Sequence record: PV577657
Direction: 5' to 3' (one strand)
Origin: Escherichia phage vB_EcoS_MM-1
Length of the DNA: 64,000 bases
The translations under genes were made by a program, and so were the position numbers. Each line of letters starts with the position of its first letter. Position 1 is the first letter of the stretch. Below, one piece after another: positions 8,538 through 16,191 of the stretch. The notes below the pieces were generated by a model. It worked only from the letters and a program-made list of their open reading frames with translations, searched no databases and was not told where the DNA came from.

Positions 8538-8594
8538 ATTCTCATAGTTTGAAAGAACTATTCTGTTTAATTCTTAATTAAGGAAATATAAAAT

Positions 8595-9005
8595 ATGACT
8601 ACTCCAACTCAGTGGACTGATGAACTGTTCGAAAAAATGTCTTCCGAATACGTTGCTCGTATGGAGCAATTCCCAGAGGATGAACGTCCGGGTGTTAGCA
8701 TGGAAATTGTTAGCGAAATTGCCCAGGAAAATGGTGTAACTCCGAACGGTTTTCGTATGAAGCTGACTAAAGCAGGTTTGTATATCAAGAAAGCTGCTGG
8801 CTCTGCTTCTAAATCTAGCGCATCTACTGGAGAAAAGGCTTCTGGTGGTTCTCGTACCTCCAAAGCTCAAGCTCATGCCGATCTTCGTTCAGCATTCTCT
8901 GATGCTGGCTTAGCACCGGATTTTCTGGATGATGCAATTATCGATAAACTGACCGGTAAAGCGGCTGCTCATCTGGCAGAAGCAATCCGAGCTATCACTA
9001 AGTAA
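8595..9005 (+). CDS. hypothetical protein with HeH/SAP-like motif; codon usage suggests high expression
   Basis: Motif EIAQENGVTPNGFRMKLTKAG resembles the repeats in 12003..12770; GCT/CTG-rich codon usage. Confidence 0.55.
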   Translation: MTTPTQWTDELFEKMSSEYVARMEQFPEDERPGVSMEIVSEIAQENGVTPNGFRMKLTKAGLYIKKAAGSASKSSASTGEKASGGSRTSKAQAHADLRSAFSDAGLAPDFLDDAIIDKLTGKAAAHLAEAIRAITK

Positions 9006-9041
9006 TTTTTAGATAAATCCACCAACAAAAGGAACACAGTT

Positions 9042-9338
9042 ATGACCAAAGCTGAAATTATCGCACAATGTGAAAAATTTGGTGAGTTTTATCTTCATTA
9101 CGAGAAACTTCGTCAGAAAGGAACCACGTATCTTCAGGGTACGATGGAATTTGATCCAGCCCAAGATAAATATCTAGCTGAGCGTATTAAACGTGAACGT
9201 ATTCGTAAAGCGAAAGATGATGAGATCCTTGTCTTCTCTCGTACTAATGATAGCTTCCGTTTTATTCCTGTCGAAAAAGTCCGTCGTGTGACTAGCCTCC
9301 AATCAGAGTTAGATCGTGCTTCTCCAGTAGGCCGATAA
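9042..9338 (+). CDS. hypothetical protein
   Basis: ORF track; terminator immediately downstream. Confidence 0.55.
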   Translation: MTKAEIIAQCEKFGEFYLHYEKLRQKGTTYLQGTMEFDPAQDKYLAERIKRERIRKAKDDEILVFSRTNDSFRFIPVEKVRRVTSLQSELDRASPVGR

Positions 9339-9348
9339 GAAACCAATT

Positions 9349-9371
9349 AGCCCCTATATGGGGCTTTTTGT
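9349..9371 (+). terminator. rho-independent terminator
   Basis: AGCCCC-tata-GGGGCT followed by TTTTT. Confidence 0.7.
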
Positions 9372-9388
9372 GTATTTGGGATATGTAA

Positions 9389-9697
9389 ATGAGCGAACAG
9401 GTAAATCAAAACTATGAAGGACACGTTGATGACCAGTCCATCATACTTTGGGAGAAGGAGGGAGAACAAGTAAGATTAACAGTATCTGAATTTCGTGGGA
9501 ATCTATACATGGGTATTCGTTACTGGCTTCTTGATATTAATGATGAGTGGTTTCCAACGAAATCTGGCTTCTCTTTTCCTTACACCCTAGAAACAACATC
9601 ACAGCTTTTCTATGCGTTTACACAGATTCTTAGCGAATCTGAGGTTTTACATGAAGTACAGAAACGAGCTGAAGAACTCAAAGCCAAGAATGCCTAG
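9389..9697 (+). CDS. hypothetical protein
   Basis: ORF track. Confidence 0.55.
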   Translation: MSEQVNQNYEGHVDDQSIILWEKEGEQVRLTVSEFRGNLYMGIRYWLLDINDEWFPTKSGFSFPYTLETTSQLFYAFTQILSESEVLHEVQKRAEELKAKNA

Positions 9698-9713
9698 TTC
9701 TTGGCTTTTTCTT
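9683..9713 (+). terminator. rho-independent terminator overlapping the stop codon
   Basis: GCCAAGAA-tgcctag-TTCTTGGC then TTTTT. Confidence 0.65.
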
Positions 9714-9724
9714 TATAAATGTAC

Positions 9725-9753
9725 TTGCTTTCAACTCAGTTTTGTTATATAAT
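9725..9753 (+). promoter_or_regulatory. sigma70-type early promoter
   Basis: TTGCTT, 17 nt, TATAAT, then ATTTATATAAATTAATGAGAGGG. Confidence 0.6.
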
Positions 9754-9783
9754 ATTTATATAAATTAATGAGAGGGTTGCAAA

Positions 9784-10056
9784 GTGAAAAAGATAAGTAT
9801 AAGTACACTTAAACCTTTCCCGTACATCGGACAGCCTCTTATACTTATGTGGGAGGAGAAGATTAATGGGGAAAAGTATACTAAAACTAGAAGTGGGTAT
9901 AAGCTGACTTCACTTCATTACGAAAAAGAAGTATTAGTAGCTGAAATATACTCTCCGTTGTCAGATAGGCTAGTAAAAACTACATATTTGCATCGTTGCA
10001 AAAATTATACATGGCACGGATCCACTAGACAACCCTCATACTGTGAGGCAGAATAA
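9784..10056 (+). CDS. hypothetical protein (GTG start)
   Basis: ORF track. Confidence 0.45.
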   Translation: MKKISISTLKPFPYIGQPLILMWEEKINGEKYTKTRSGYKLTSLHYEKEVLVAEIYSPLSDRLVKTTYLHRCKNYTWHGSTRQPSYCEAE

Positions 10057-11028
10057 ATGACCAATGTAAAAGACTTTATTAAACGCTGTCAAGAAGCATA
10101 TTATCAAGGTATGTCTTTAATCTCTGACGAAGAATATGATCGTCTGATTAAAAGATTTCCGTTAGAAGAAGAGATCGGGCCTAAGGGCGATATTCCACAT
10201 CTGTATCGTATGTATTCTTTACAGAAAGTTTATTATAATCGTGGAGATAAACCCCCGTTTAACCCATTAGGTCAGGTAGAAACTGATAAGTTAGATGGTT
10301 GTGCAATTTCTCTGTTATATATTAATGGCGAATTTGTTCAAGCACTAACTCGTGGTAACGGTATTCTAGGGAATGATGTCACAAGCAACGTAAGATTGCT
10401 GAACATCCCTAAAAAGATTTCCCAAAAAGTACCTACTCAAATCACTGGTGAAGTTCTAATTACAAAAGAAGTAGAAAATAAACGTAACTTTGCCTCTGGT
10501 GCTATTAACCTCAAAGATAGTGATGATTTTGTACAACGTATCGGAGAAGGTGGTTTAATCTTCGTTGCATATGGTATCCAGTGTTCTGCTGAATCTGTAG
10601 GTATTACAGAAGCATATTTAAAAGATATGCTTTGGCTGGAGAATGAGAACTTCTTAACAGTTGTTAATGTGCGTTCTTTCTTTAAATGGATTCCGACGGA
10701 CGGTAAAGTTGTTCGTATTAATGATAACAACAAATTCTTCCGTGAAGGCTGGACTAATAAATTCCCTCGTGGAGCATTCGCTATTAAAGAGGATGAAGAA
10801 GGCGAGATTACAACTCTTACTAAAGTTGAATGGCAGGTAGGAGCTTCTGGTAAAGTAACTCCAGTTGGTTATTTCGAACCGGTAATTATTGATGATGCTA
10901 CAATTGTTAAAGCGACTCTTAATAACGTTGATTATATTAACTCTCTTGATCTAGAGATCGGTTGCCAGATTCGAGTGATTCGTGCTGGTGGTGTAATCCC
11001 GTGCATAGTAGAGCGAGTATATGATTAA
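10057..11028 (+). CDS. NAD-dependent DNA ligase, adenylation and OB-fold part (subunit A of a split ligase)
   Basis: KxDG adenylation motif (KLDGCA), TRGNGILGNDVT, OB-fold end IRAGGVIPCIVERV. Confidence 0.85.
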   Translation: MTNVKDFIKRCQEAYYQGMSLISDEEYDRLIKRFPLEEEIGPKGDIPHLYRMYSLQKVYYNRGDKPPFNPLGQVETDKLDGCAISLLYINGEFVQALTRGNGILGNDVTSNVRLLNIPKKISQKVPTQITGEVLITKEVENKRNFASGAINLKDSDDFVQRIGEGGLIFVAYGIQCSAESVGITEAYLKDMLWLENENFLTVVNVRSFFKWIPTDGKVVRINDNNKFFREGWTNKFPRGAFAIKEDEEGEITTLTKVEWQVGASGKVTPVGYFEPVIIDDATIVKATLNNVDYINSLDLEIGCQIRVIRAGGVIPCIVERVYD

Positions 11029-11068
11029 TACATAGCCCTTTGCTACCCATCTACCATATCGGAATTAT

Positions 11069-11097
11069 AAAGTGGTTATTGACATTTTCGCCGCTTA
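11069..11097 (+). promoter_or_regulatory. sigma70 promoter inside the ligase spacer
   Basis: TTGACA, 17 nt, TATACT. Confidence 0.55.
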
Positions 11098-11171
11098 GGT
11101 ATATACTATTATCATTCAGTTGAGGGATAGAAAGTTATGGCGAGGGTAAGCAAAGTTAGTTAAAATTGTAG

Positions 11172-11200
11172 TTGCTAAATGCTTAAATACTTGTTATAAT
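11172..11200 (+). promoter_or_regulatory. sigma70-type early promoter
   Basis: TTGCTA, 17 nt, TATAAT, then ATTTATATAAATTGA. Confidence 0.6.
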
Positions 11201-11230
11201 ATTTATATAAATTGATAAGGAAGAAATTTG

Positions 11231-12010
11231 ATGAAAATCGAAATTCCAACACAATGTCCCTCTTGTGGTTCTAAGCTAGATCTTGTCAACGGACAATTAT
11301 TTTGTCGGAATAAGTCCAACTGTCCAGCGCAATCAAGTAAGTTAATTGAGAACTTCTGTACAAAAATGAAGTTAAAGGGCTTTGGTCCAAAAACTATTGA
11401 AAAGCTGGAGCTGACGAAGATCTCAGAACTATTTTACCTAACCGAAGAAGATTTGGTTAGAGCCGTGGGTAGCAAGGTTGCCGCTAAGTTAATTAGCGAA
11501 TTAAATACTAAAGTTCGCGGAGACATTGACTTTGGTTCAGTTCTCGGTTCTTTAGGAATCCCTCTAATTGGAGAGGTTGCAGCAAAGAAATTATCCCAAA
11601 ATTGCACTAGCTTCCACGATGTGAAGGCTGACGGCAAGGCTGGAGAAAACTACAAAGCCTGGCTAAATTCCCCGCAAGGCAAGGATGTTATCGAACTACC
11701 GTGGAAATTCTCAACTGGTATTAAGGGCACTAAAGCTGACGTCATCATTACAGATGAATTAGTTGCCCAGCCAAATGGAATCGCGGTATGTATTACCGGA
11801 TCTTTGCAAGATTTTGCAAATCGAACGGATGCAACAAACTATTTAGAAAGTCTAGGGTATACGGTTAAGAAATCCGTTACCAAAGACGTAAAATACCTGA
11901 TCTGTGAGGATGAATCAAAACGTTCTTCCTCATCTTATAAGAAAGCCGAAACGAATGGGATAGAAATCCTGTCGATTAAAGAACTATTGGAGAAAAATAA
12001 TAATGTCTAA
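11231..12010 (+). CDS. NAD-dependent DNA ligase, Zn-finger/HhH/BRCT part (subunit B)
   Basis: CPSCGSKLDLVNGQLFCRNKSNCPAQ matches the LigA zinc finger; BRCT-like C-terminus; RBS AAGGAAG. Confidence 0.85.
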   Translation: MKIEIPTQCPSCGSKLDLVNGQLFCRNKSNCPAQSSKLIENFCTKMKLKGFGPKTIEKLELTKISELFYLTEEDLVRAVGSKVAAKLISELNTKVRGDIDFGSVLGSLGIPLIGEVAAKKLSQNCTSFHDVKADGKAGENYKAWLNSPQGKDVIELPWKFSTGIKGTKADVIITDELVAQPNGIAVCITGSLQDFANRTDATNYLESLGYTVKKSVTKDVKYLICEDESKRSSSSYKKAETNGIEILSIKELLEKNNNV

Positions 12011-12770
12011 ACTGAACTGGAACGTAGAAGGTGTAACCGAGTCTCTGAAAGCAAAAGCCACTGCTCTGGGTGTTTCTGTAATCTCTCAAGAACAAGTAGC
12101 TGCTATCGCTGCTGAACTGGCTGCTGAAACTGGCAAAGATGTTACTGCTCGCTCTGTTGGCTCTAAACTGCGTAAAGAAGGTTTTGAAGTACAGAAAGCT
12201 AACGAAGTACAGAAATCCCCGTGGACTCCTGAGCAGGAAGCTGAACTGGTTGATTTCCTGAACGCTCATGCTGGTCAGTATACCTATGCTGAAATCGCTG
12301 CTGCTGTAGCTGGTGGTCAGTTCGGTGCTAAACAGGTACAGGGTAAGATCCTGAGTCTGGAAATGACCGCTTCTGTTAAACCAACTGAAAAAGCTGCTGC
12401 TGTTCGTTCCTTTACTCCGGATGAAGAAACTGATTTTGTTAATCAGGTTGTTGCTGGTGCTACTATTGAAGCTATCGCTGCTCACTTCGGTCGTAATATC
12501 AAGCAGATCCGTGGTAAAGCTCTGAGCCTGCTTCGTGAAGGTCGTATCGCTGCTATGCCGGTACAGGAAACTTCCAGTGCTAAAACTCGTGAAGATCTGT
12601 TAGAAGGTCTGGATCTGGTTAACATGACTGTTGCTGAGATCGCTGAGAAAACTGGTAAGTCTGAGCGCGGTGTTAAATCTATGCTGTCTCGTCGTGGTCT
12701 GGTTGCTAAGGACTATGATGGTGCCGCTAAGCGTGCTAAACTGGATGCAAAAGCTGCGGCTGCTGAATAA
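12003..12770 (+). CDS. abundant DNA-binding-like protein with three HeH/SAP-like repeats (possibly the D5-type protein)
   Basis: Internal repeats (VTARSVGSKLRKEG / AKQVQGKILSLE / IKQIRGKALSLLREG / ERGVKSMLSRRG); strongly biased GCT/CTG codon usage; size about 28 kDa. Confidence 0.5.
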   Translation: MSKLNWNVEGVTESLKAKATALGVSVISQEQVAAIAAELAAETGKDVTARSVGSKLRKEGFEVQKANEVQKSPWTPEQEAELVDFLNAHAGQYTYAEIAAAVAGGQFGAKQVQGKILSLEMTASVKPTEKAAAVRSFTPDEETDFVNQVVAGATIEAIAAHFGRNIKQIRGKALSLLREGRIAAMPVQETSSAKTREDLLEGLDLVNMTVAEIAEKTGKSERGVKSMLSRRGLVAKDYDGAAKRAKLDAKAAAAE

Positions 12771-12786
12771 TCTGGTAAATTAAACC

Positions 12787-12820
12787 TAAGGGGAGGGGGC
12801 TATGCTCCTTCCCCTTTTTG
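12787..12820 (+). terminator. rho-independent terminator
   Basis: AAGGGGA ... TCCCCTT stem followed by TTTTT. Confidence 0.6.
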
Positions 12821-12852
12821 CATTTAGAAGGCACGAAAGCGTGCAAAGGAGA

Positions 12853-14325
12853 ATGACCTTGTTTAACGTGCAAGCTGTAGTGTTGAAGATGCTTCTAGCT
12901 TCTGAACAGAAGCAAATAGCATTGGAAACATTCTCAAAACTGCATAAAGATCATTTTAATGACGCTTTCTCCTCAATTTACCAAGCCGTCCAGAATTATT
13001 ATAAAAAATATAACACAATGCCGTCCATTGACGCACTGATGCTTGAGGCTAATAGGAACGCCCGCCTTTCTCAAGCTCTAGTCGTTTTAGCTAACACTCA
13101 AATTCCAGAAGTGAGCATGGAACAGGCACTTGAAGTCCTAGAGGCCGAATATACACAGGATTTATTCCTAAAGCTTCTAGAAACAGACGTGCTTCAAGAT
13201 TTAACAATGCTGGATCAGGGAGAAATTCTCAACCGAGTTGCCTCCCTTCACTTAAAATTAGAAGAGAAAGTAACGAATACTGGAAAAGTATTCAACGCAG
13301 ATAACATGCGTATTTTCCAGAGAGAAGAAGATACCAAACTGAACCTAATCGCTCTTGGTATTTGTAATGAGTTCGACGCTCAAATTGGTTTAGCTCGCAC
13401 AGAAACGTTACTGCTTGGTGGTTGGCGTGGTACTGGTAAATCCATTATCTGTTCAAACATACAGGTTCAGCAATATTTGAATGGAGATATTGCTCCATAC
13501 TTCTCAATTGAGATGAAAGAACATGAAGTATTTAGACGTAATCTAGCCATGCTAGCTGGTGTATCAGCACTAGCAATGCGTAATAATACTCTAGAAGGTG
13601 CAGCTCTGTTGAGACTAGCCAGAACTAGAGCTAGGATGTTCAACGGTGGTGAAGAGCTTTTCGATAACTTCGTTAAACAGTATACAATGGCTAAGATGAG
13701 TGATTTCTACGATATGGAGAGTAAGCTAATAGAAGGGTATGAGCTACATACTCCTATGATTATTGTTTATGACCCTGAGTTGTCTATTACAACAGTTGAC
13801 GTAGAATTAAATAAATTAGTTGCTAGATATGGTGATAAAGTTACAGTAGCTCTACTTGACTATATTAACCAAACCCGACTTCCAGACTCTAAAACCATTG
13901 ATATGTATGACTGGAAAGAACAGATGGTTGTTAGCTCGTCTTTCAAATCTATCTGCCAGAAACATAACGTGGCTGGCGTAGCTCCTTACCAGATCGATCA
14001 AGACGGTAGAACACGTATGTCAAAGGGGATTCTTGATTCCGCAGACATGGCTGCTAATCTTAATGCTGCAAAAGCTGATAATGGTCAAGGTGCTATTATG
14101 TTTGACTTCGTTAAGACTCGTTCTTCTGATAGCGTGAAGTTTATGCCTAAAATGAACTGGGAAACTCTGCGAATGGATAACACTACCAACCTAGCAATGG
14201 AAGATATATCTCAAATGGAAGCTGAGTTCGTTATCCCTATTGAGAAGGATAAGCCGGCTCAACCTAAACGTGCTAAGAAAGACAAAGCTGAAAATTCAAC
14301 AGGTGAACAGGCCAGCGATATATGA
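12853..14325 (+). CDS. DnaB/gp4-like replicative helicase (RecA-fold)
   Basis: Walker A GGWRGTGKS; ATG 12853 with AAAGGAGA RBS (track start 12802 lies inside the terminator hairpin). Confidence 0.7.
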   Translation: MTLFNVQAVVLKMLLASEQKQIALETFSKLHKDHFNDAFSSIYQAVQNYYKKYNTMPSIDALMLEANRNARLSQALVVLANTQIPEVSMEQALEVLEAEYTQDLFLKLLETDVLQDLTMLDQGEILNRVASLHLKLEEKVTNTGKVFNADNMRIFQREEDTKLNLIALGICNEFDAQIGLARTETLLLGGWRGTGKSIICSNIQVQQYLNGDIAPYFSIEMKEHEVFRRNLAMLAGVSALAMRNNTLEGAALLRLARTRARMFNGGEELFDNFVKQYTMAKMSDFYDMESKLIEGYELHTPMIIVYDPELSITTVDVELNKLVARYGDKVTVALLDYINQTRLPDSKTIDMYDWKEQMVVSSSFKSICQKHNVAGVAPYQIDQDGRTRMSKGILDSADMAANLNAAKADNGQGAIMFDFVKTRSSDSVKFMPKMNWETLRMDNTTNLAMEDISQMEAEFVIPIEKDKPAQPKRAKKDKAENSTGEQASDI

Positions 14326-14855
14326 TAACACAGGAAAGGCTAAAAGAGTTATTTGATTACTCCCCAGGAACTGGGGAGTTTACTAGAAAAGTATCTAGAG
14401 GTAATCAGAAAGCTGGTAGTATAGCTGGTTCTTTAAGAAAAGATGATTATATATGTATATGGGTAGATGGAAAGCCTTACTATGCGCATCAACTAGCTTT
14501 TCTCTATATGGAAGGTTATTTACCTGAAGAAGTAGACCATATAAACCGTATACGAAGTGATAATCGTTGGGTTAACCTTAAAGATTCTTCTCACCAAGAG
14601 AATAGCAGGAATAAAGCAGCTAAAAGTAAATCAGGGTATATAGGAGTTAGTTGGAATAAACAAAGGCAAAAATGGCAAGTTCAACTAAGAGATACCAATA
14701 AAAAGAAAATATTCGGTGGATATTTTGAGTACCAGAATTTAGAATCAGCAGTAGATAAGATTAATAATCTACGATTACAATTTCATGGGGAAAATGCTAT
14801 TCAAGAAATATTCGACCCGTCTAATTATCCTGCATTAGAGGAGATAAATTCATGA
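14322..14855 (+). CDS. HNH homing endonuclease
   Basis: YAHQLAFLYMEGYLPEEVDHINRIRSDNRWVNL; overlaps both helicase end and primase start. Confidence 0.8.
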   Translation: MITQERLKELFDYSPGTGEFTRKVSRGNQKAGSIAGSLRKDDYICIWVDGKPYYAHQLAFLYMEGYLPEEVDHINRIRSDNRWVNLKDSSHQENSRNKAAKSKSGYIGVSWNKQRQKWQVQLRDTNKKKIFGGYFEYQNLESAVDKINNLRLQFHGENAIQEIFDPSNYPALEEINS

Positions 14856-15742
14856 GTAGAATAACAGAATTACTTGATCTTAAGGGAATTGAGTATAAAG
14901 ATACTGGTGGAGATATTTTAATCTGTTGCTTAAATCCATATCATGATGATAAACACCCAAGTTTGCGTATTGATCCTGAAACCGGGATTATGCACTGCTT
15001 GAGTTGCGGTTTTGGCAAAGGTATACCTAGTATTTATCATTATTTTAATGAGACTCAATATAGACAATCTCCAAGACTATCCCAAGTACGTAAAAAGATT
15101 TCAGAGATTAGAAATGGATCTACGAATCTTGCAATCCCAGAATCTGCCTGCCTTTTCGAAGGTGATTTCCGAGGTATAAGTTCTAAGACCTTGAAGAAAT
15201 ATTTTGCTTTCCAACACCAAGAGAACTGGGAAGGCAGAATTGTATTCCCAATCACAGATGCTGTTGGACGCAATATCCTATTTTTGGGTCGTTCTATAAA
15301 CAGTTCTGCCCCTCCTAAATACTTAGTAAAACCAAAACAGGTTTCACCACCAATTTTCCCTGTACGATATAATACTCCAGTTCTTATTCTAGTTGAAGGT
15401 ATCTTTGATATGCTGAACCTAGAGGATAGTGGTATAGACTATGCTTCTTGCTGCTTTGGTACACATCAGTTTACTTCAGACAACATTGCAGATAAGTTCA
15501 GTCCGTACATTATTGCTGGTGTTAAAGTTGTTGTTATCTTACTAGATAATGATGCTTCTGGTAATAAAGCTGCACAAGCACTGGCCAAGCTAATTCGTAC
15601 AAAAACGCGTTTAACACCTGTAGTTGCTAACTTTCTTCTGCCTGAAGGTAAAGACCCAGGTGACTTAAATAAAGAAGAAATTGATATGTTAGCAAAACGT
15701 ATTGAAATTTTAGTTGCTGAATCGCTTAAAGATTTGGTATAA
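14852..15742 (+). CDS. DnaG-like DNA primase (zinc-binding domain plus Toprim)
   Basis: CCLNPYHDDKHPSLRIDPETGIMHCLSCGFGK zinc-binding motif; Toprim-like LVEGIFD and LLDNDASG. Confidence 0.85.
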   Translation: MSRITELLDLKGIEYKDTGGDILICCLNPYHDDKHPSLRIDPETGIMHCLSCGFGKGIPSIYHYFNETQYRQSPRLSQVRKKISEIRNGSTNLAIPESACLFEGDFRGISSKTLKKYFAFQHQENWEGRIVFPITDAVGRNILFLGRSINSSAPPKYLVKPKQVSPPIFPVRYNTPVLILVEGIFDMLNLEDSGIDYASCCFGTHQFTSDNIADKFSPYIIAGVKVVVILLDNDASGNKAAQALAKLIRTKTRLTPVVANFLLPEGKDPGDLNKEEIDMLAKRIEILVAESLKDLV

Positions 15743-15768
15743 TAGTCCTAAATAACTGAGGAGTTACT

Positions 15769-16098
15769 ATGGAATATGTATATATTTATGCGGATGTTCC
15801 AGTGTATGATAGTATAACACACAAAGAGGTTAAACTAGAGCGGTTTACAACACTGGAGTCCCTTAACAAACGAAAGAATTTCCATTTATTTGGTGATCCT
15901 AAATTACCTGCATCTTATATTTACTTTAAAGTAAAAGATACAGGTCAAGAGGTATACCTAACATATGATTGGGCTGTTGTAGAAAATACTGAGCAATCTA
16001 TGAAAGCGCTAGATGCTTTTCTGCGCATAGATGAAGAATTTCGGGTACTAGAAAAGCAGCGCAATGAAATGCGTAAATTACTTCACACATATAAATAG
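15769..16098 (+). CDS. hypothetical protein
   Basis: ORF track; RBS GAGGAG. Confidence 0.55.
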   Translation: MEYVYIYADVPVYDSITHKEVKLERFTTLESLNKRKNFHLFGDPKLPASYIYFKVKDTGQEVYLTYDWAVVENTEQSMKALDAFLRIDEEFRVLEKQRNEMRKLLHTYK

Positions 16099-16101
16099 TA
16101 T

Positions 16102-16130
16102 TTGCTATTATCCCAATATTTTGATATAAT
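16102..16130 (+). promoter_or_regulatory. sigma70-type early promoter
   Basis: TTGCTA, 17 nt, TATAAT. Confidence 0.6.
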
Positions 16131-16191
16131 ATATTGGTAAGTTAGAGAAGAAACACTGAAGTTATACTTACTTACCAAGAGGAGATTAAAT

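Noticed and set aside
12802-12852. ORF-track start (MLLPLFAF...) for the DnaB-like helicase
   Set aside because: This ATG lies inside the terminator hairpin at 12787-12820 with no RBS; ATG 12853 with AAAGGAGA RBS is the credible start.
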